A stretch of 39,637 nucleotides of DNA. It comes from an uncultured Nitrospiraceae bacterium. Its GTDB lineage: Bacteria; Nitrospirota; Thermodesulfovibrionia; Thermodesulfovibrionales; Dissulfurispiraceae. The stretch covers positions 1-39,637 of the forward strand of contig CAMTVO010000025.1 in the NCBI GenBank assembly GCA_947085205.1, written 5' to 3'. A model generated the notes under the pieces. It did no database searches. It saw only the letters and a list, made by a program, of their open reading frames with translations, and was not told the DNA's origin. Within the stretch, counting starts at the first letter, position 1. Every line of letters starts with the position of its first letter. Shown piece by piece: positions 37,223 to 39,637 of the stretch. The translations under genes and the position numbers were made by a program.

Positions 37223-38449
37223 TTAGTGTTTGTGTCCGCCGAGAGGCGCTACGTTTTTAAGTTTTGCCTCGGAATCTATGAGGAACGTGGCTGATGAAGC
37301 GACCTTTTCGCCTGCCTTCAATCCCATCGTTACTTCCCGCAATCCTTCCGCCCTTATACCGAGTATGACCTCTCTCGGTTCGAAATATCCTTCTCCTTTG
37401 TCCACATAGACTATCTGCCGCGTGCCCGTATCGATTACCGCCTCTTCGGGGATGGCGAGCTTATTGCCGAGATTGACTTTAATTTCAACGTTGGTGAACA
37501 TTTGTGGTTTAAGCTGTCCGCCGGTATTCGGCATCGAGAACCTAACCTTTGCTGTTCTTGTTTCGCCGGATAGGGCAGGGTATATATAATCGATTACCGA
37601 TGAAAACTCTTTGCCGGGAAAATAGCTGAGACTGATGGTTGCCATCTGCCCTGTTTTGATGAGCGGCAGTTCGTATTCATAGATATCGGACAGCACCCAG
37701 ACCGTGGATAAATCAACAACATCAAAGAGTTTTTCCCCCGGCATTACCCGCATTCCCTGCAATGCCATTTTTTGAACTACATAACCATTAGCAGGACTGT
37801 ATACAGTGAGTGTTCTTATTGGTTTTCCCGTTTCCTCTATTTTTTTAATTTGCTCCTCTGTTATGTCCCACAGCCTTAATCTTTGCTTTGCAGCCTCTAT
37901 TATCGCCTCTGCATCTTTTGAAAGGAGGTTGCCCACGCGCTCGCTCTTTATTTCCTTACTCTGTTTTGCCCATTTAACTACATTCAGATATTCCTGCTGC
38001 GTTGCAAAAATCTCTGGACTGTAAATCTCTGCTAATGGCTCTCCTTTTTTCACATATCTGCCTGTGTAATCGACATAGAGCTTCTCTATCCAGCCTTCAA
38101 ATTTGGTGTTAACCGTTGCAAGCCTCCTTTCGTCATATTCTATGCGGCCTACTGTCCTGATAATCTTCTGCATGGATTTTAAAGATACCTCTGCAGTTTT
38201 TACGCCGATTAACTGCTGCTTTTCAGGAGGTATCTCGACTGTCGGAGGCTCTTCTGCTGCTTGTTCCTGAGACGCCTGCGGTTGTATGCCTACGACATGT
38301 CCCTGATGTTCTGAGGTGGTTTGTGATTTTGTGTTTTTAACTCTGCCGCCTTTAAAAAGCTCTTTCAATGAGACCGACTTGGAGAAATAGAGCAAAAGTC
38401 CTACCGTGAAAATTAATACGGCAACAACGATTAAGTTTCTTTTTTTCAT
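37223..38449 (-). CDS. cusB: CusB-type RND periplasmic adaptor (membrane fusion protein)
   Basis: 'GWIEKLYVD.TG..VKKGEPL.EIYSPE...TQQEYL', 'DLSTVWV', 'YIYP', 'FLIDSE'. Confidence 0.9.
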   Translation of the reverse strand: MKKRNLIVVAVLIFTVGLLLYFSKSVSLKELFKGGRVKNTKSQTTSEHQGHVVGIQPQASQEQAAEEPPTVEIPPEKQQLIGVKTAEVSLKSMQKIIRTVGRIEYDERRLATVNTKFEGWIEKLYVDYTGRYVKKGEPLAEIYSPEIFATQQEYLNVVKWAKQSKEIKSERVGNLLSKDAEAIIEAAKQRLRLWDITEEQIKKIEETGKPIRTLTVYSPANGYVVQKMALQGMRVMPGEKLFDVVDLSTVWVLSDIYEYELPLIKTGQMATISLSYFPGKEFSSVIDYIYPALSGETRTAKVRFSMPNTGGQLKPQMFTNVEIKVNLGNKLAIPEEAVIDTGTRQIVYVDKGEGYFEPREVILGIRAEGLREVTMGLKAGEKVASSATFLIDSEAKLKNVAPLGGHKH

Positions 38450-38484
38450 CTCATTCTCCCTTACTCTTTACTATTGACTCTTGC

Positions 38485-38587
38485 CTTTCGACAGAGCCTG
38501 TCCTGAGCATGCAGAGGGGCTCAGGGTGACAGTTTTTATGTTAGACGTATAGAGTTTTCTGTCATGGTGAGTTTGTCGAACCATGAC
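38485..38587. repeat. Nested palindromic element overlapping the TolC stop codon
   Basis: TTCGACA..GCTCAGGGTGACA is interrupted by GCCTGTCCTGAGCATGCAGAGGG and faces GTCATGGT-GAGTTTGTCGA-ACCATGAC (38561-38587). Confidence 0.7.
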
Positions 38588-39637
38588 TATTGACTGCTGT
38601 TATCGCCTCAAGTCTTGCTATCGCCTTTTCTCTTTCAATAAACTGTATCCAGTACAGGGTTTCGAACTCGATAAGAGATTTCAGTCTCGATATAACAGTT
38701 ATGGCTTCTATTTTTCCTGTCACATATCCTGCAAGGGCTGACTCAAAATCCTGATATGTCTTTGGAATCAAACCGTCTCTATATAATCCCATCAGATTTT
38801 CTGCTGTCTTGAGCATGGAGTAATTGTCCCTGACGGCTGAAGACAGCATCAGTTTGATTGCCTCCAGTTCATGTCTTGCCTCTGAAAGAGCTGCCTCAGC
38901 CTCATTAACAGCCTGATTTTGCTTTGTTTTGTAAAAAATCGGAATATTGACAGCGGTTGTTAAGCTCCACATATCGGGAAAAAATCTGCTCCTTACAAAA
39001 TAGTTTGCAGAGAGGGTGAAGTCAGGATAGTATTCCCTTTTCGCCATTTGCACCTTTGTCTCTGCCGATGCAACCATTTTCCCCCTTGATTTTATTTCAG
39101 GCGAATTCTCATGGGCTATGGCAATTAGTTCATTTATATTTTTGGGGAATAGGGTTCGGGACGGCTCAACAGGCCTGCCGAGCGGAGAGTTCACATTCCT
39201 GCCTACAGCAGTATTGAGCATTGCCTCGATTGATTGTATCTTCTGTTTCAGCATCTCTTCTCTTTCGAGGAGCATGTATTTTTCCGTCTGAGCCATTAAT
39301 ACCTCCTGTTGAGGCGCCATGCCAGTTGAGTATCTCGACAGGGCTGCATCTTCTATCTTTGAAAAAAGGGCAGTCCTGTCTTTAATAAGGTCTATATTTT
39401 TGTATGCAAGAAAAAGCTCGTAATAAAGCTCTTTAACTCTTGCTGCTGTTTTTGACCTGACAGTCTTATGCGATGCTTTTAAGCTTTCGGCATCCCTCGC
39501 TGTCATTTCACCTTTCAGTTCCAACTTTCCGGGGAATGGGAATATCTGGGATACTGAGAACATCCATTGAGAATCAGGCGCCATATCATTGCCAAAGGTG
39601 TACAAATTCCTTGTCCCTTCATTCTGATAGCCGAACA
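38562..39637 (-). CDS. TolC/CusC-type outer-membrane efflux protein, 5'-truncated by the window edge
   Basis: 'SQIFPFPGKL', 'VKELYYEL', 'RY.TG...QQEVL.AQ', 'YYPDF', 'NIPIF'. First gene of the efflux operon, and the frame runs off the window. Confidence 0.9.
   Translation of the reverse strand, partial: FGYQNEGTRNLYTFGNDMAPDSQWMFSVSQIFPFPGKLELKGEMTARDAESLKASHKTVRSKTAARVKELYYELFLAYKNIDLIKDRTALFSKIEDAALSRYSTGMAPQQEVLMAQTEKYMLLEREEMLKQKIQSIEAMLNTAVGRNVNSPLGRPVEPSRTLFPKNINELIAIAHENSPEIKSRGKMVASAETKVQMAKREYYPDFTLSANYFVRSRFFPDMWSLTTAVNIPIFYKTKQNQAVNEAEAALSEARHELEAIKLMLSSAVRDNYSMLKTAENLMGLYRDGLIPKTYQDFESALAGYVTGKIEAITVISRLKSLIEFETLYWIQFIEREKAIARLEAITAVNSHGSTNSP

Noticed and set aside
1..39637. tRNA, rRNA, integrase, transposase or prophage genes
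   Set aside because: None recognised. Intergenic gaps are short and accounted for by promoters, a terminator and repeats.

Overview
A mostly housekeeping chromosomal window from an anaerobe, probably Nitrospirota/Thermodesulfovibrionia (inferred from gene content and repeat types, not from a marker search). Core genes are rsmI, an MscS channel, feoB-fur, amidase-GerMN-murI-rph-ftsH-folP, trkAH, icd, argS, yajQ, a TIGR02757 gene and a CusCBA-type efflux operon. A MazF-type toxin-antitoxin pair looks inserted. The main feature is an ~11 kb nitrate-to-ammonium respiration locus (19.2-30.4 kb). It holds an octaheme cytochrome c nitrite reductase (7 CxxCH + 1 CxxCK), a secreted monoheme Reeler-like protein, a very large (1108 aa) NapA-family molybdoenzyme, a parvulin-like lipoprotein lacking its PPIase domain, and napG, napH, napD. 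A convergent c-heme sensor kinase/OmpR-family pair follows, and candidate binding sites for it (phased TTWAC repeats) are visible upstream of the operon. No napB, napC, napM or nrfH is present in the window. A second layer is dense colonisation by short 7/8-mer tandem repeats and palindromic elements. These form nested hairpins between genes and sit in frame inside ArgS (four times), NapH, CusA and the amidase signal peptide. Several genes also appear to be leaderless. I saw no CRISPR array, tRNA, rRNA or transposase.
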